Shown here: in pieces, positions 1 to 9,973 of the stretch
Position numbering within the stretch: position 1 is the first letter of the stretch
Layout of the letters: the number at the start of each line of letters is the position of its first letter
IMG/VR virus record: IMGVR_UViG_3300027777_000001
Coordinates: 10,080-74,079 of that record
Reading direction: 5' to 3' (one strand)
Length of the DNA stretch: 64,000 nt
Origin: a virus
Program-made: the position numbers and the translations under genes
The notes under the pieces: generated by a model
Seen by the model: the letters and a program-made list of their open reading frames with translations, nothing else
Database searches by the model: none
What the model was told of the DNA's origin: nothing

Positions 1-1
1 G

Positions 2-3000
2 CCGTACTTCTTGGATTACTCAGTGTGGAAACAACACCGAGTCGGAATTGCGACGAATGGCTTTAACCCTAACTCGAGTAAAGCTCAGCGTCAACAGTCG
101 TACCAGCCTGATTGGGAAACCAAGATTGATAGGAATGACTCTGCACAAATGGATAATTTCTATTTGGGAGTTGCAGAGGGTTTTGGTATTGCAACAGACA
201 ATGTTCCAAATGCAGTAAGCCTCGTAACAATCAAAGATCGGTTTGCACAGGCCGATGTAGTAGAGGCGGTCGAGATATTGCGTCAACGTATGGTTAGTGT
301 TGATCCAGAACCGTTTACCGATGCTGAGCAACAGAAGATAGTTTCACTGGTTAAGAAAGGCAAAGAGAATCTTCATTCTCTGAATTCATTAATTGCTTTG
401 GCTCATTTCTCTGAAGCGGTTAAGACTAATTCAGATACATTCACGGTTCAGATCCCCGCAGAGCGTGATGGTAAGACGAATGGCCCAATGCTGGCTAATG
501 CCTTCTTTGGTGTGGGATCAAGCCCTGCAGAGCTCTTTAAGACCCTCAATCGTGGGGGATTCTTTGAAGTCGGTAATCCAGATACACAGTTCAATATCTG
601 GAAAGGTAAAGGCAATCTAGACCTGTACGAAAAAGGTACAGGGAATTTGCTTAGGACTCTTCAATGGTTGATCACAGAAAAGAAAGTCTTTGGTTTTATT
701 AAGGATACCGTTCAGGTATTCACCAAGAGTTTGACCGACCCTAAAACAGGGGGTGTCAATTCTGTCGGTCGAAACATGATGAAGAAGCCTACCCAAGAGG
801 TGGTCTATGGCTCGTCTTCTAAAACCACCGTGGATAACATGGCACAGGTTTTCATTGAAAGCGTCTACGCCCGTATCGAGGAAGTGGCTAAAGACGATCT
901 CTCTCACATGACGTTGGCTAAGTTGATCAAAGAATTAAACAGTCTTTTGTACGGAACAGACACAAAGTTTAACTCGAACGATACCGCACAAACAATCTTG
1001 GATAAAGACTTCAGTAGTGCGGATATAGCAGCAATGAAGGACAAGTTTATAAAGACTCTTGGCAAAGCAGTCAAAGAGACTGTGAAGAGTGACTTCCATG
1101 CATTCACATTTAGGACACAGATCTTTACAGCCACAGCTGGCTTGACCTTTTCAATCTATAAGGCAGTCTACGATACGGCTCGCAAAGACTACATCAAGGA
1201 GCTGACTGAGCTTGGGGAATTTGATGTTAATCCCGCCTTTGAACGTAGGGGTAAGAATGGGAAAATGTCTCAAATCTCTGCTAGGCAAACACACGATTTG
1301 AATGCTGCTCAGGAAAAGGTATTAAAAGAACGTGTCTTAGCAGTCTACCCAATCGTACATAGTTTGTTCTCTAAAGAAAGCAATCAACTAGAGGCAGGAT
1401 TGTTTATTAGTAAGACTGAAAGAAAGTTATCAAAAGATCCAAACTACCAAGTTGAAGTCCAATTTGGAACCCAAATTAAAGATTTGGGTAGATCCCGCGT
1501 CAACATGGCTGCAATGCAAACCAACCAAGTGGGCCCTGGTGTAGCAATGTTGCCTAACTTAATTCAGGCTTCAGATAGTTATATCTCGCATTCAGTACAG
1601 GCTGCGATGAATGCGCTTAACCAACATGATGCATTGATTACAGGGCTTGGAAAGACTAAAGAAACTGCACAGCTTCTTAATGCTGCTACGTGGAAACTGT
1701 TATTGAACTATTCCCCAGCCACAGAAATGTACGAGGCATTCGTACGTAACATTCTGGGTATGGAAAGTATGCTTGCCAAGAAGGAAGTCTCTAAAGATGT
1801 ACTAGCCCTCTTTGCTGCATCTATTGTCGAGCAGACTTACCGCTTTAATGGGCCAGATACGGATGTGCCAATTGATCCCCATGAGTTTCTAGGGATCCAT
1901 TTAGCCCTGATGAAGAATATGTCTTTTCGTGCTGACAGTATGAAGTTCTCTACTTTGGGTCTGACAGCATCAATTGACCAGTACACTTTTGAGGGTGGAA
2001 ACTTTGCAGTGGATGAGAAGTTACGAGAAGCGGCTCTAGCCAAGAAAGCTGAGCTGGTCTCTGAGATTGATCCTGAGACACAAGCTGCTGTTGATAGTCT
2101 TGAACAACGTCTCCAAACTGCGATCACTGCAGCAACAATCGCTGCGAATAAAAAGATTGCTCAGACTCTCAATATTGAACTCGATCCTGAAGGATATGGC
2201 GTAACTGAACAACAGTTGGAAGACCTGCGTACAGAGAGCCGAGAAGATGCAAGTATCAACGACACGGTTGCTGACCATTTAACTAACGCCCAAGCCTTTG
2301 CCTTACTCTCACACGCAGTCAAGGATAAGTCTTTGGGCGAGACTGTTGTTGAGATGCTTAAAGAGGTCATGACTAAGTTGCGAGAATCCAAGGGTGCCAT
2401 GAACTTGGTGACAGCCTTAAAGGTCTTACAGCCTGCTAACCGTGCAGAGATTGCTCAGTTACTCATGGATCGAGCCAGTAAGATTCCTGCTAACTTGTGG
2501 GGTATTCAAGGTACGCCAGACATTAAGAGTGAGGCTCACTGGGTAGACTTCTTTGAGAAACGGGGCAATGTTAAAGGCGAACAATTGGTTCGTGCTTTAA
2601 AAGATAGGTTGATTGAGCAAGGTGGCCCAAGTAACGTCAAAGACTTCAATTTGGAGATGCTTAACCGGATCAGTAAGTTGATTAGCCCAACGCTTACCAT
2701 TCGTTATGTCACGCCATTCACAGCACCTAGCCAAGTTATCCAGCAGGCCAAAGACAACGCACGGGCTTGGTACATTGCCACAACCGATGGTGTGGATACG
2801 ATCTACATTCTCTCTACAGACTTTAAACACTCTGGCTTAACCACGGAAACCCTCCTGCATGAGATTCTCCACAGTGCTGTAGCTCGAACCATTAAGTCTG
2901 AGCAAGATGCACGGAAAAGGAATCCAACCCGTAAGACTCCATTACTTGCCATCATCGATGACTTGGAGCTTCTTCGTTATTTGGCTAAGAAACATATCGA

Positions 3001-6000
3001 TGCTGACCCAGAGTTAGCCGCTAAATACGGGCCAGCAGTCAGTAGCATCGATGAGCTTATTGCTTGGGGAATGACAAACACAGCCTTCCAACAAGAAGTC
3101 TTAAACAAGATGCAAGGGGTTCCTTCTCGCACCAACAACAATGCAATCACTGGTTTAAAAGCCATGATTAATGCATTGGTCGCAATCCTGTTTAAGAAAA
3201 CAGAAGGTCGTGAGGCAGAGATTCTTGGTTCTGGTTTAAGTATCTTGATTACTAACGTGTCTGATTTATTTACTGAGGCCGAGAACAAGCAAAGCCAGAC
3301 CATTAACGAAACCCTGAATCGAAGCCAAACCCATACGGCTCCAGATCCAGCTTTCTATACCACCGCAGAGATATACGATTCCTTGGCAGGAGTCTCTCCC
3401 GCACCCCTAGCTTTTGATAGCCAGCTGCGAGACCTACTCAGCGGGATCGTCAATAAGCTGCATGGCACAGCGGGAGTCTTGCATGAATCCTTAATGGATC
3501 GTCAAGCCTTATCTGCTCAAGACGTATACCTCAAAGCACTGGCTACAGGACAAGCCCCCTTTGCATCAGCCACCATTGCCTCTGGCTTTCAGTTCAGCCA
3601 ACAGGAAGGGTTCGTCATCGAGCAGGTTGAGGCCACAGTCAGAGCAGCGATTGATCGTAATGAGAATACCCAGAGCTTTGCCTACAAAGGCTTGGATGCT
3701 CTGTACAACGAAGCCAAAGCGAACCTTGCGCCTAAGGACTTCCATCAGGGTGACTGGAACACAGCCACGCAGGTAGAGAAGGATACAGCCCAAGAGTTGT
3801 ATGACTTCTTATTTGTCATGGCTAAGGCTCTACCAAGCACCAACCCATCAACCGCAGGAAATACACATGCTAATTCAGATCGATTAGCCCATCTCAGCAG
3901 ATTCGCTGCAATGGGTCTTGCCCATGAAGGGGTTAATAAGCTCCTGCAGGGCATGACAGGATCTGGGCTGACTACCACGGCTACCCCTGCACCAACGAGC
4001 TTTCTAGCCCGTCTGAAGGCCTTGTTTGATCAGATCTTGGCTTGGTTCAGTGACAAGCAGACTGGAATCAAACCGGGTGACAAACCTGATGCCAGGTTAG
4101 AGAAATTAGTTGATACCTTGGTTGGGATTGAAGCTAAGAAACGTGCTGCAGCCATGGCTCGACAAAATGCTCTGTTCACAGGTCTACAGAATGTGTCCAA
4201 TAATGTTCTTAACGCGGCTAACACGGGTATCAATAAAGTAGGGGCAGCCGCCGCAAGAAGCAACAATGGGGCAGTGAAAGGCGTAGGGTTTGTGATTAAC
4301 GCGGTCTCTGGAGGTAGGGTTAACCAGATCATTAATAATGGCATGAACTACTACGCTACATTGAATGGTGGTAAGCCAGACCTCTTCACAGATACTGTGG
4401 CTTATGTGCGTGGGCCAACGTCTCAGATGGAGGAGTTGTTCCGTATGGGTAAGAAGCTAGAAGCGGATCGTCGAGCATTCATCGACAACACAGCTACGCT
4501 TCTCTTGGCTGCATATCGTAATGGTGGGCAGGATCTGACACAGATCCAGAAGAAAGCCATTACTTCCTTGGTACGTTCTGATGCCCAGTCACTCTTAGCA
4601 GCAGGCTACACCATGGCTCAGTTAGCTGAGTTCTTGGGCAACGGGACACAACGCCAAGACGAGATTACGAAGCTTGAAGATAGTCTGAAATCCTTACATC
4701 CCCAGTTCTATAAACAGTTCTTGGGTCAATCCAAGCAACTTGCATTCATCTTGGCTAATGGAAAAGCCACGCATGAGAACTCTATGCTGAACGCTTTGAA
4801 TATTGCACGGATGTACAACACACCCACAATGGGTCAGTTAACCGTAGCAGAAGAGGCTGCAGTCCAAGCCTTGGTAGATCCCTTGGTGTCTCTCTGGGCG
4901 ATTGAGTATTCACCCACAGTGCTTCGTGAGACATCCAGAGATGTGTTGCTCGATGAGTCAGCACGCTCCAATGGTGAGAACGGGATTGCCGCAACCCTTG
5001 CCATGCACGCACACTTACTCAAAGATTCAAAAGATAAGCTCTTTGATGGCAGCGAGGTATTGCGTACCAAGGGCTATTTACCAGAGGTATATAACCCAAG
5101 AACAGACATCCAAGTAGCAGGTGATGTCGAGGGTCGGAACTTAATTGACAAGGGCTACTCAGTGGGGGGTGTTTTGCCCAAAGATCCTAATGACCCCGAT
5201 CCTCAGACCGTAAAAAAATTGTATGTACGTGAGGACTCAGGGATGGTGGCTCATGTTACAGGGATGATTTCCTTGAAAGACATGAAAGCTAAAGGCTCTG
5301 CTCAGATTGGAAAAGAACGTAGGTTCTATAAACCTAAGGGAGATTGGAATGCCAGTGAAGTCGTAAGAGTCACTGGATCTCAAAGAAACGCCATTGCTTG
5401 GATGGCTCAAAATGGCGATACATTTGATCCACGAAACGTCACTGGGACGTTCATGATTCCTACACTAACAAGCGAAGGGGATATTTCTAACTATCGCTAT
5501 GAAATGAGCCATGCCCGTAAGGATTCAATCCTCGAGCGAAACAATAACTTTGAACACGTACTTGGGGTATTTGCTGGCAACACATTCGATAAGATTACCT
5601 CTGCCCAACATAACGCTAAGGTTATTCAAGCCTTGCATGACCACTACTCAGTGGACTATGCAGGACGGTCTGTGTCATACGTAGAAGTAGGCCCTAATAG
5701 CCGAGACCCAGCCATGCGGGAAGTCTACCGCTTGCTTCCTGAGGCCACAAAGAAGGAGATAAGAAGAGTGTGGGGAACGGAAGCCATGCTGGTTAGAAAC
5801 GACATGATGAATCTGACATTTGGGTATAGGAAATTTAGCCTGTCCGAGATGTTTGATAAAGACCCTTCTACAAGGAATGCTTATGAAGATCTGTTTGTCT
5901 CGATTGCTACCTTTGTCGTAGCAGGGTACGCTAGACTGCAACTTGGAATGGATCCAGCCCAAGCCATGCAGTATGCCAAGCGTACAGGGGTGATTGTTAA

Positions 6001-6916
6001 ACGAGCCGAGGATGCGTGGAAGACCATCTCTGATGAAACCAAGAATGCGATTGTGGTTAAGACTGGAATCGTGATGATGGGTAATGTCTGGAGTAATGCC
6101 ACGCTCTTAATGATGCACGATATCTCATTGGTGGATATTGCTAAGCACCATAAGACAGCATTTACCGCAGCCCGAGAGTATCAAGAGGTGAGCGAGGAGT
6201 TGTTTAAAGCTCAGACTCAATTGGATACTAACTACAACGTGGGTAATAGGAAAGCTTTAGAACAACGGATCTTAGTCCTAAAAGACAAGATCGCCCGTAA
6301 CCCAGTGACCGAACTTATGGACTCTGGCTTGATGCCTACCATCGTGCAAGACGTTAACATTAAGGATGACACATACGCTTATGACTCTAACTTTGTGAAG
6401 AACATTAAGGCTAATGTTGCTTCCCTTAATCCAACAGTCTTAAACATCGGTAAGCAGCTCTACATGACTAAGGACACGCCACACTACAAGATGTTGGCTA
6501 ACCTGACCCAGATGAGTGACTTCGTGGCTCGATACACTTTGTATCAACACTTGACCACAAAGAGCCAAGACCCCTTGAGCAAGAAAGAAGCTGCACGGGT
6601 ATCTTCTGAATCCTTTGTGAACTACGACATCCCGCTGCCTAAAGGTATCCAGTATCTAGATGACATCGGGATCTTGCCATTTACCAAGTACTTCTTATCG
6701 ATGCAAAGAGTGTTGGCTTCCTTGGTTCGAGAACATCCCGTAAAGGTGCTGATGACCTTGATGGGCAATAACTATTTAAACTTAATGCCAACAGTGATGG
6801 ATGGGTCAGCGTTTAGTCGCTTTGGGAATAACCCGTTTAGGTCAGGGCCATTACGATTCATTGGTGCGGTAGAACACATCCTACCCATCAAGTATGCGAT
6901 GGGGTTATTCAGGTAA
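2..6916 (+). CDS. Virion-encapsidated RNA polymerase (N4 gp50-like vRNAP), 5'-truncated by window edge
   Basis: >2300-aa ORF open from window start; T7-family motif A (ERDGKTNG), motif B (RNMMKKPTQEVVYG = Rx3Kx7YG), motif C (QHDA); no cysteine found, as in N4 vRNAP. Confidence 0.95.
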   Translation, partial: PYFLDYSVWKQHRVGIATNGFNPNSSKAQRQQSYQPDWETKIDRNDSAQMDNFYLGVAEGFGIATDNVPNAVSLVTIKDRFAQADVVEAVEILRQRMVSVDPEPFTDAEQQKIVSLVKKGKENLHSLNSLIALAHFSEAVKTNSDTFTVQIPAERDGKTNGPMLANAFFGVGSSPAELFKTLNRGGFFEVGNPDTQFNIWKGKGNLDLYEKGTGNLLRTLQWLITEKKVFGFIKDTVQVFTKSLTDPKTGGVNSVGRNMMKKPTQEVVYGSSSKTTVDNMAQVFIESVYARIEEVAKDDLSHMTLAKLIKELNSLLYGTDTKFNSNDTAQTILDKDFSSADIAAMKDKFIKTLGKAVKETVKSDFHAFTFRTQIFTATAGLTFSIYKAVYDTARKDYIKELTELGEFDVNPAFERRGKNGKMSQISARQTHDLNAAQEKVLKERVLAVYPIVHSLFSKESNQLEAGLFISKTERKLSKDPNYQVEVQFGTQIKDLGRSRVNMAAMQTNQVGPGVAMLPNLIQASDSYISHSVQAAMNALNQHDALITGLGKTKETAQLLNAATWKLLLNYSPATEMYEAFVRNILGMESMLAKKEVSKDVLALFAASIVEQTYRFNGPDTDVPIDPHEFLGIHLALMKNMSFRADSMKFSTLGLTASIDQYTFEGGNFAVDEKLREAALAKKAELVSEIDPETQAAVDSLEQRLQTAITAATIAANKKIAQTLNIELDPEGYGVTEQQLEDLRTESREDASINDTVADHLTNAQAFALLSHAVKDKSLGETVVEMLKEVMTKLRESKGAMNLVTALKVLQPANRAEIAQLLMDRASKIPANLWGIQGTPDIKSEAHWVDFFEKRGNVKGEQLVRALKDRLIEQGGPSNVKDFNLEMLNRISKLISPTLTIRYVTPFTAPSQVIQQAKDNARAWYIATTDGVDTIYILSTDFKHSGLTTETLLHEILHSAVARTIKSEQDARKRNPTRKTPLLAIIDDLELLRYLAKKHIDADPELAAKYGPAVSSIDELIAWGMTNTAFQQEVLNKMQGVPSRTNNNAITGLKAMINALVAILFKKTEGREAEILGSGLSILITNVSDLFTEAENKQSQTINETLNRSQTHTAPDPAFYTTAEIYDSLAGVSPAPLAFDSQLRDLLSGIVNKLHGTAGVLHESLMDRQALSAQDVYLKALATGQAPFASATIASGFQFSQQEGFVIEQVEATVRAAIDRNENTQSFAYKGLDALYNEAKANLAPKDFHQGDWNTATQVEKDTAQELYDFLFVMAKALPSTNPSTAGNTHANSDRLAHLSRFAAMGLAHEGVNKLLQGMTGSGLTTTATPAPTSFLARLKALFDQILAWFSDKQTGIKPGDKPDARLEKLVDTLVGIEAKKRAAAMARQNALFTGLQNVSNNVLNAANTGINKVGAAAARSNNGAVKGVGFVINAVSGGRVNQIINNGMNYYATLNGGKPDLFTDTVAYVRGPTSQMEELFRMGKKLEADRRAFIDNTATLLLAAYRNGGQDLTQIQKKAITSLVRSDAQSLLAAGYTMAQLAEFLGNGTQRQDEITKLEDSLKSLHPQFYKQFLGQSKQLAFILANGKATHENSMLNALNIARMYNTPTMGQLTVAEEAAVQALVDPLVSLWAIEYSPTVLRETSRDVLLDESARSNGENGIAATLAMHAHLLKDSKDKLFDGSEVLRTKGYLPEVYNPRTDIQVAGDVEGRNLIDKGYSVGGVLPKDPNDPDPQTVKKLYVREDSGMVAHVTGMISLKDMKAKGSAQIGKERRFYKPKGDWNASEVVRVTGSQRNAIAWMAQNGDTFDPRNVTGTFMIPTLTSEGDISNYRYEMSHARKDSILERNNNFEHVLGVFAGNTFDKITSAQHNAKVIQALHDHYSVDYAGRSVSYVEVGPNSRDPAMREVYRLLPEATKKEIRRVWGTEAMLVRNDMMNLTFGYRKFSLSEMFDKDPSTRNAYEDLFVSIATFVVAGYARLQLGMDPAQAMQYAKRTGVIVKRAEDAWKTISDETKNAIVVKTGIVMMGNVWSNATLLMMHDISLVDIAKHHKTAFTAAREYQEVSEELFKAQTQLDTNYNVGNRKALEQRILVLKDKIARNPVTELMDSGLMPTIVQDVNIKDDTYAYDSNFVKNIKANVASLNPTVLNIGKQLYMTKDTPHYKMLANLTQMSDFVARYTLYQHLTTKSQDPLSKKEAARVSSESFVNYDIPLPKGIQYLDDIGILPFTKYFLSMQRVLASLVREHPVKVLMTLMGNNYLNLMPTVMDGSAFSRFGNNPFRSGPLRFIGAVEHILPIKYAMGLFR

Positions 6917-6925
6917 CTAGGAATA

Positions 6926-6952
6926 AGAAAGCCCCCTTGTGAGGGGCTTTCC
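6926..6952. terminator. Bidirectional intrinsic terminator between convergent genes
   Basis: aagaaagcccc-cttgtga-ggggctttcc inverted repeat between vRNAP stop and the convergent - strand operon. Confidence 0.75.
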
Positions 6953-6963
6953 TCTTACCAGTT

Positions 6964-7149
6964 TTACTTCTTTTGTGATTGCATATAACCAAGAATACAC
7001 AGGTAGACGATACCTCCTGCCAAGGCAATGCTTAGGATAATACGCAAGAAGAAACCGACCACAATGACGAGTGCAATGAATGCCACTCCCACTATGGTCG
7101 CTATGATGGCGAGTACAACAGCACTCGCTCCTTTAAGGGAATCCATCAT
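6964..7149 (-). CDS. Small membrane protein
   Basis: 61 aa, two hydrophobic segments, last gene of the replication operon. Confidence 0.7.
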   Translation of the reverse strand: MMDSLKGASAVVLAIIATIVGVAFIALVIVVGFFLRIILSIALAGGIVYLCILGYMQSQKK

Positions 7150-7159
7150 AGGGTTTTAC

Positions 7160-7498
7160 TTAACTACCGAATAAGCTGGTAGGTTTCACTGGAGGAGCAT
7201 CTACTTCTGCAGGTGCATCTAGTAGGCTCTCCGCCGAGACTGCATTGTTGAAAGTATCTTGAGCAGAAGTAATGCTTCCGACCACGGTACCAACAACACC
7301 AGTTTGTACTTCTTCACTAGTGAAAACAGGAAAATCACTTGCATCATCACTGATGCACAGATCAGCACTAATTCCATTCTCTTTCCTTCCTGAAGTGAAC
7401 ACGATTTCAACCGAGCGACCTTGCAGGTTAATACCCTGCTTGATCACATAGTCTTTGAGGGCTGTGATGATTTCAGTTTGGTTTAATTGAATTTGCAT
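7160..7498 (-). CDS. Hypothetical protein of N4-like phages
   Basis: MQIQLNQTEI start and SLFG end resemble genes at this position in N4-like genomes; tight operon spacing. Confidence 0.7.
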   Translation of the reverse strand: MQIQLNQTEIITALKDYVIKQGINLQGRSVEIVFTSGRKENGISADLCISDDASDFPVFTSEEVQTGVVGTVVGSITSAQDTFNNAVSAESLLDAPAEVDAPPVKPTSLFGS

Positions 7499-7516
7499 GG
7501 TTTATGTGTTTAAGGT

Positions 7517-8131
7517 TTATAGAAAGGGCATCATTTGTTTAAACTGATTGCTGGCTAGTCCGGCATAGATCGCCGCAGTTGCATCAGCCATGTGCTCTGC
7601 TTTGGATTCTGTGACGCACACCTTTCCGTGTTGAATATAAGTAGGCCAGTCTGCTTCAGGGTGCTGAGCCATTGCCCAATGGATCATCTCCTGTTTAGTT
7701 GCAGTTTTCCTGCCTACGCTTACCAACTTAACTTCCGTTGGGGTAACTTCAAAGAAGGGAATCCCTGTGGCACGTAATGCCCCAAGGATCCCCACGCAGA
7801 TACCGTAAGAGGCCATCGCTCGAGCACTTTGGCTTCCTACTGGTACTTCTACGAATATTGCTTGAGCTCCCTGAGCCGCAGCCAAGGCACCCGCACAGAG
7901 TTGCTTGGCAGCTTCCAAGTCAACACTGTTTTGGCGCACCTGCTTGCCTTTGGGTAATTCAGGGTTAATGACATCCACACTCTGCAGAGTGAGTTTGCCT
8001 TGCCCATTCAAAGATAGAAGACCTCTGACCACACCCCAATGTCTGAGTGACGGATCGAACCCGACTACCTGAATGGGATCACGCATCAGAGGCTTCTGGT
8101 TCCAGCTCAGCCACGAAGGGTAATTTGCCAA
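7517..8131 (-). CDS. RuvC-like Holliday junction resolvase
   Basis: VVGFDPSLRHWG, IFVEVP, ATKQEMI and EHMADA motifs of the RuvC fold; true start probably MRDPIQ. Confidence 0.8.
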   Translation of the reverse strand: MANYPSWLSWNQKPLMRDPIQVVGFDPSLRHWGVVRGLLSLNGQGKLTLQSVDVINPELPKGKQVRQNSVDLEAAKQLCAGALAAAQGAQAIFVEVPVGSQSARAMASYGICVGILGALRATGIPFFEVTPTEVKLVSVGRKTATKQEMIHWAMAQHPEADWPTYIQHGKVCVTESKAEHMADATAAIYAGLASNQFKQMMPFL

Positions 8132-8372
8132 GAATGGCTAACCCCGTGGTGATGCCGATCAAAAATCCTACTCGGACATCTCCCGTTAGTATCACGGGTT
8201 GAGACTGAGAATCGAGAGTCGCCTCTGTATCCTCGGGAATATCCATGAGCTGATTCATCTGTGCTACACGATTACCATGCCACGCTGAGAGCATCGCTAC
8301 GAACTGATCAAGATCCGCAATGCCGATCAACTCAGACTGGGCAATCTTGGTTTCTGGTATAGATTGAGTCAT
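8079..8372 (-). CDS. Hypothetical protein
   Basis: 97-aa ORF tightly packed in operon. Confidence 0.65.
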   Translation of the reverse strand: MTQSIPETKIAQSELIGIADLDQFVAMLSAWHGNRVAQMNQLMDIPEDTEATLDSQSQPVILTGDVRVGFLIGITTGLAILGKLPFVAELEPEASDA

Positions 8373-8403
8373 GGGTTTACCTTATTAAAGTGAGGGTGAC
8401 TGC

Positions 8404-9156
8404 TTAGGCTGCGAAAAGGCTCTGTGAGGGCTTCTTAGCAATTGGAGTACCTGAGCCCTTCGGAGCATTTGCAACGCCTTGTCCTGAGCCAGGTTGAGCA
8501 CCCTTGGCACGCTCCTTGGTTTTGCCAGTCCACTTAGCATCCCAAGTGTTAGCAAATACGGCTTCCGTAGACTTGGCACGGACTTCAGCTACAGTCATGC
8601 GATCAGCAGCACGAAAGAACTTATCGATCTCGTTTTCATCACGGGTCTCACCCGTTGCTTCGTACACACCTGTTTGATCATTCTTACGGGTCTTGTCAAC
8701 ATTCTGTTTAATCAGACCTGTGACAATCTCTTTACCCAATAGATCCATCAAGACTTCGACCTTGGTAGGGACTTCCGCCTTAGCTTCGTATGAATACACA
8801 TTGACCACTTTGGTTTCTGTATCCATGCCTGAGATCTCTTTACCCACAGCAAGTAGACACAAGCTGTTAGCCAAGTTAAAGCCGGGGAGATAGTGTTTGA
8901 CACCATCTTTCTCGTAGTAGTTCTTGCCACCCTTGGCGGTGCCTGAGCTCATCCACAAGGTTTGACGCACTTCCTTGTTGTTCTGATCTTTCAGAGACAA
9001 CACTAAGCCCATCGCACCACCTGCTGACTTATTCAAATAAGCCATGGCTACGGTATGGTTATAAAGACCCGATTCAACTGGGCCACCACTACCACCGACG
9101 GAGTCTTTCTCTTCGCCAATGGTTTCGTCTGAGGTCAGATTTGCAAGCATATTCAT
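8404..9156 (-). CDS. Single-stranded DNA-binding protein (N4 gp45-like)
   Basis: NYYEKDG..YLPGF and ENEIDKFF motifs, SLF C-terminus, synteny after gp44. Confidence 0.85.
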   Translation of the reverse strand: MNMLANLTSDETIGEEKDSVGGSGGPVESGLYNHTVAMAYLNKSAGGAMGLVLSLKDQNNKEVRQTLWMSSGTAKGGKNYYEKDGVKHYLPGFNLANSLCLLAVGKEISGMDTETKVVNVYSYEAKAEVPTKVEVLMDLLGKEIVTGLIKQNVDKTRKNDQTGVYEATGETRDENEIDKFFRAADRMTVAEVRAKSTEAVFANTWDAKWTGKTKERAKGAQPGSGQGVANAPKGSGTPIAKKPSQSLFAA

Positions 9157-9205
9157 AGTTTGTATTTCCTGTGATTAATGTTTAAGGTTTTTGGTTAGGG
9201 GTTAC

Positions 9206-9934
9206 TTACGCGTAATAGGCGTGTAAGTGGTTCAAGGCTAATTGCATATTGTTGTCCATGTAGGTCTCTTTAGTATCGAAGAGTCCTAATGGGCCACGTA
9301 GCCTTTCGTTGACTGTGTCTTTGGTGAGCTTGCACTGGAAGACATACTTGAATCCAAGTGCTTGCTCTTCAGGGGTAATGGTCAACATACTCGAGGAGTA
9401 GTCTTTCAGAACTTTGAGCTGCACCTTCTTAGAGGCAATGACGACAGAGAAGTAACTCTCGATACCATTGTTCTTTAAAGAGCCTTTCACAGGAACCTTA
9501 GTTTCCATAATCATCTCGCCCTCATTGAGGGTGTCAGCGGTATGGGCTGTAAAGATCACGTTCTTTGTAGACTTGGCTACGTACTGTTGCATCAGGTTCT
9601 TGAAGTATTGGGAGAACTGACCCCAAGCCTGCATCGTGTTAGCTGCACCGTTGACGTAGACCGACTCGTACATATCCATGAGAAAGGTCACACTATCGAC
9701 AATGATTGTGTGGATCTCTGGCTTACTCTCAGCAGACTCAAATGCTTCATACACCTGCAATGGGTCTGTGATGACGTACTCTTTGAACTTGGATCGGAAG
9801 GGAAGCTTCTTACCAGATTCACAGTTCAGATACATCACCCCTTCTGGATTGGCTAGATCCATGAAAGAGGCTGACTTACCTGTAGCGGATTTCCCGCACA
9901 GTAAAACTAAGTGGTCGTTAAATTGAGTTGCCAC
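9206..9934 (-). CDS. AAA/Sak4-like ATPase (N4 gp44-like)
   Basis: Walker A GKSATGKS, Walker B IIVDS; synteny. Confidence 0.85.
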   Translation of the reverse strand: MATQFNDHLVLLCGKSATGKSASFMDLANPEGVMYLNCESGKKLPFRSKFKEYVITDPLQVYEAFESAESKPEIHTIIVDSVTFLMDMYESVYVNGAANTMQAWGQFSQYFKNLMQQYVAKSTKNVIFTAHTADTLNEGEMIMETKVPVKGSLKNNGIESYFSVVIASKKVQLKVLKDYSSSMLTITPEEQALGFKYVFQCKLTKDTVNERLRGPLGLFDTKETYMDNNMQLALNHLHAYYA

Positions 9935-9973
9935 TAATGGACTCCTTTATAAAAGTGTTTGTATGCCACGCAC

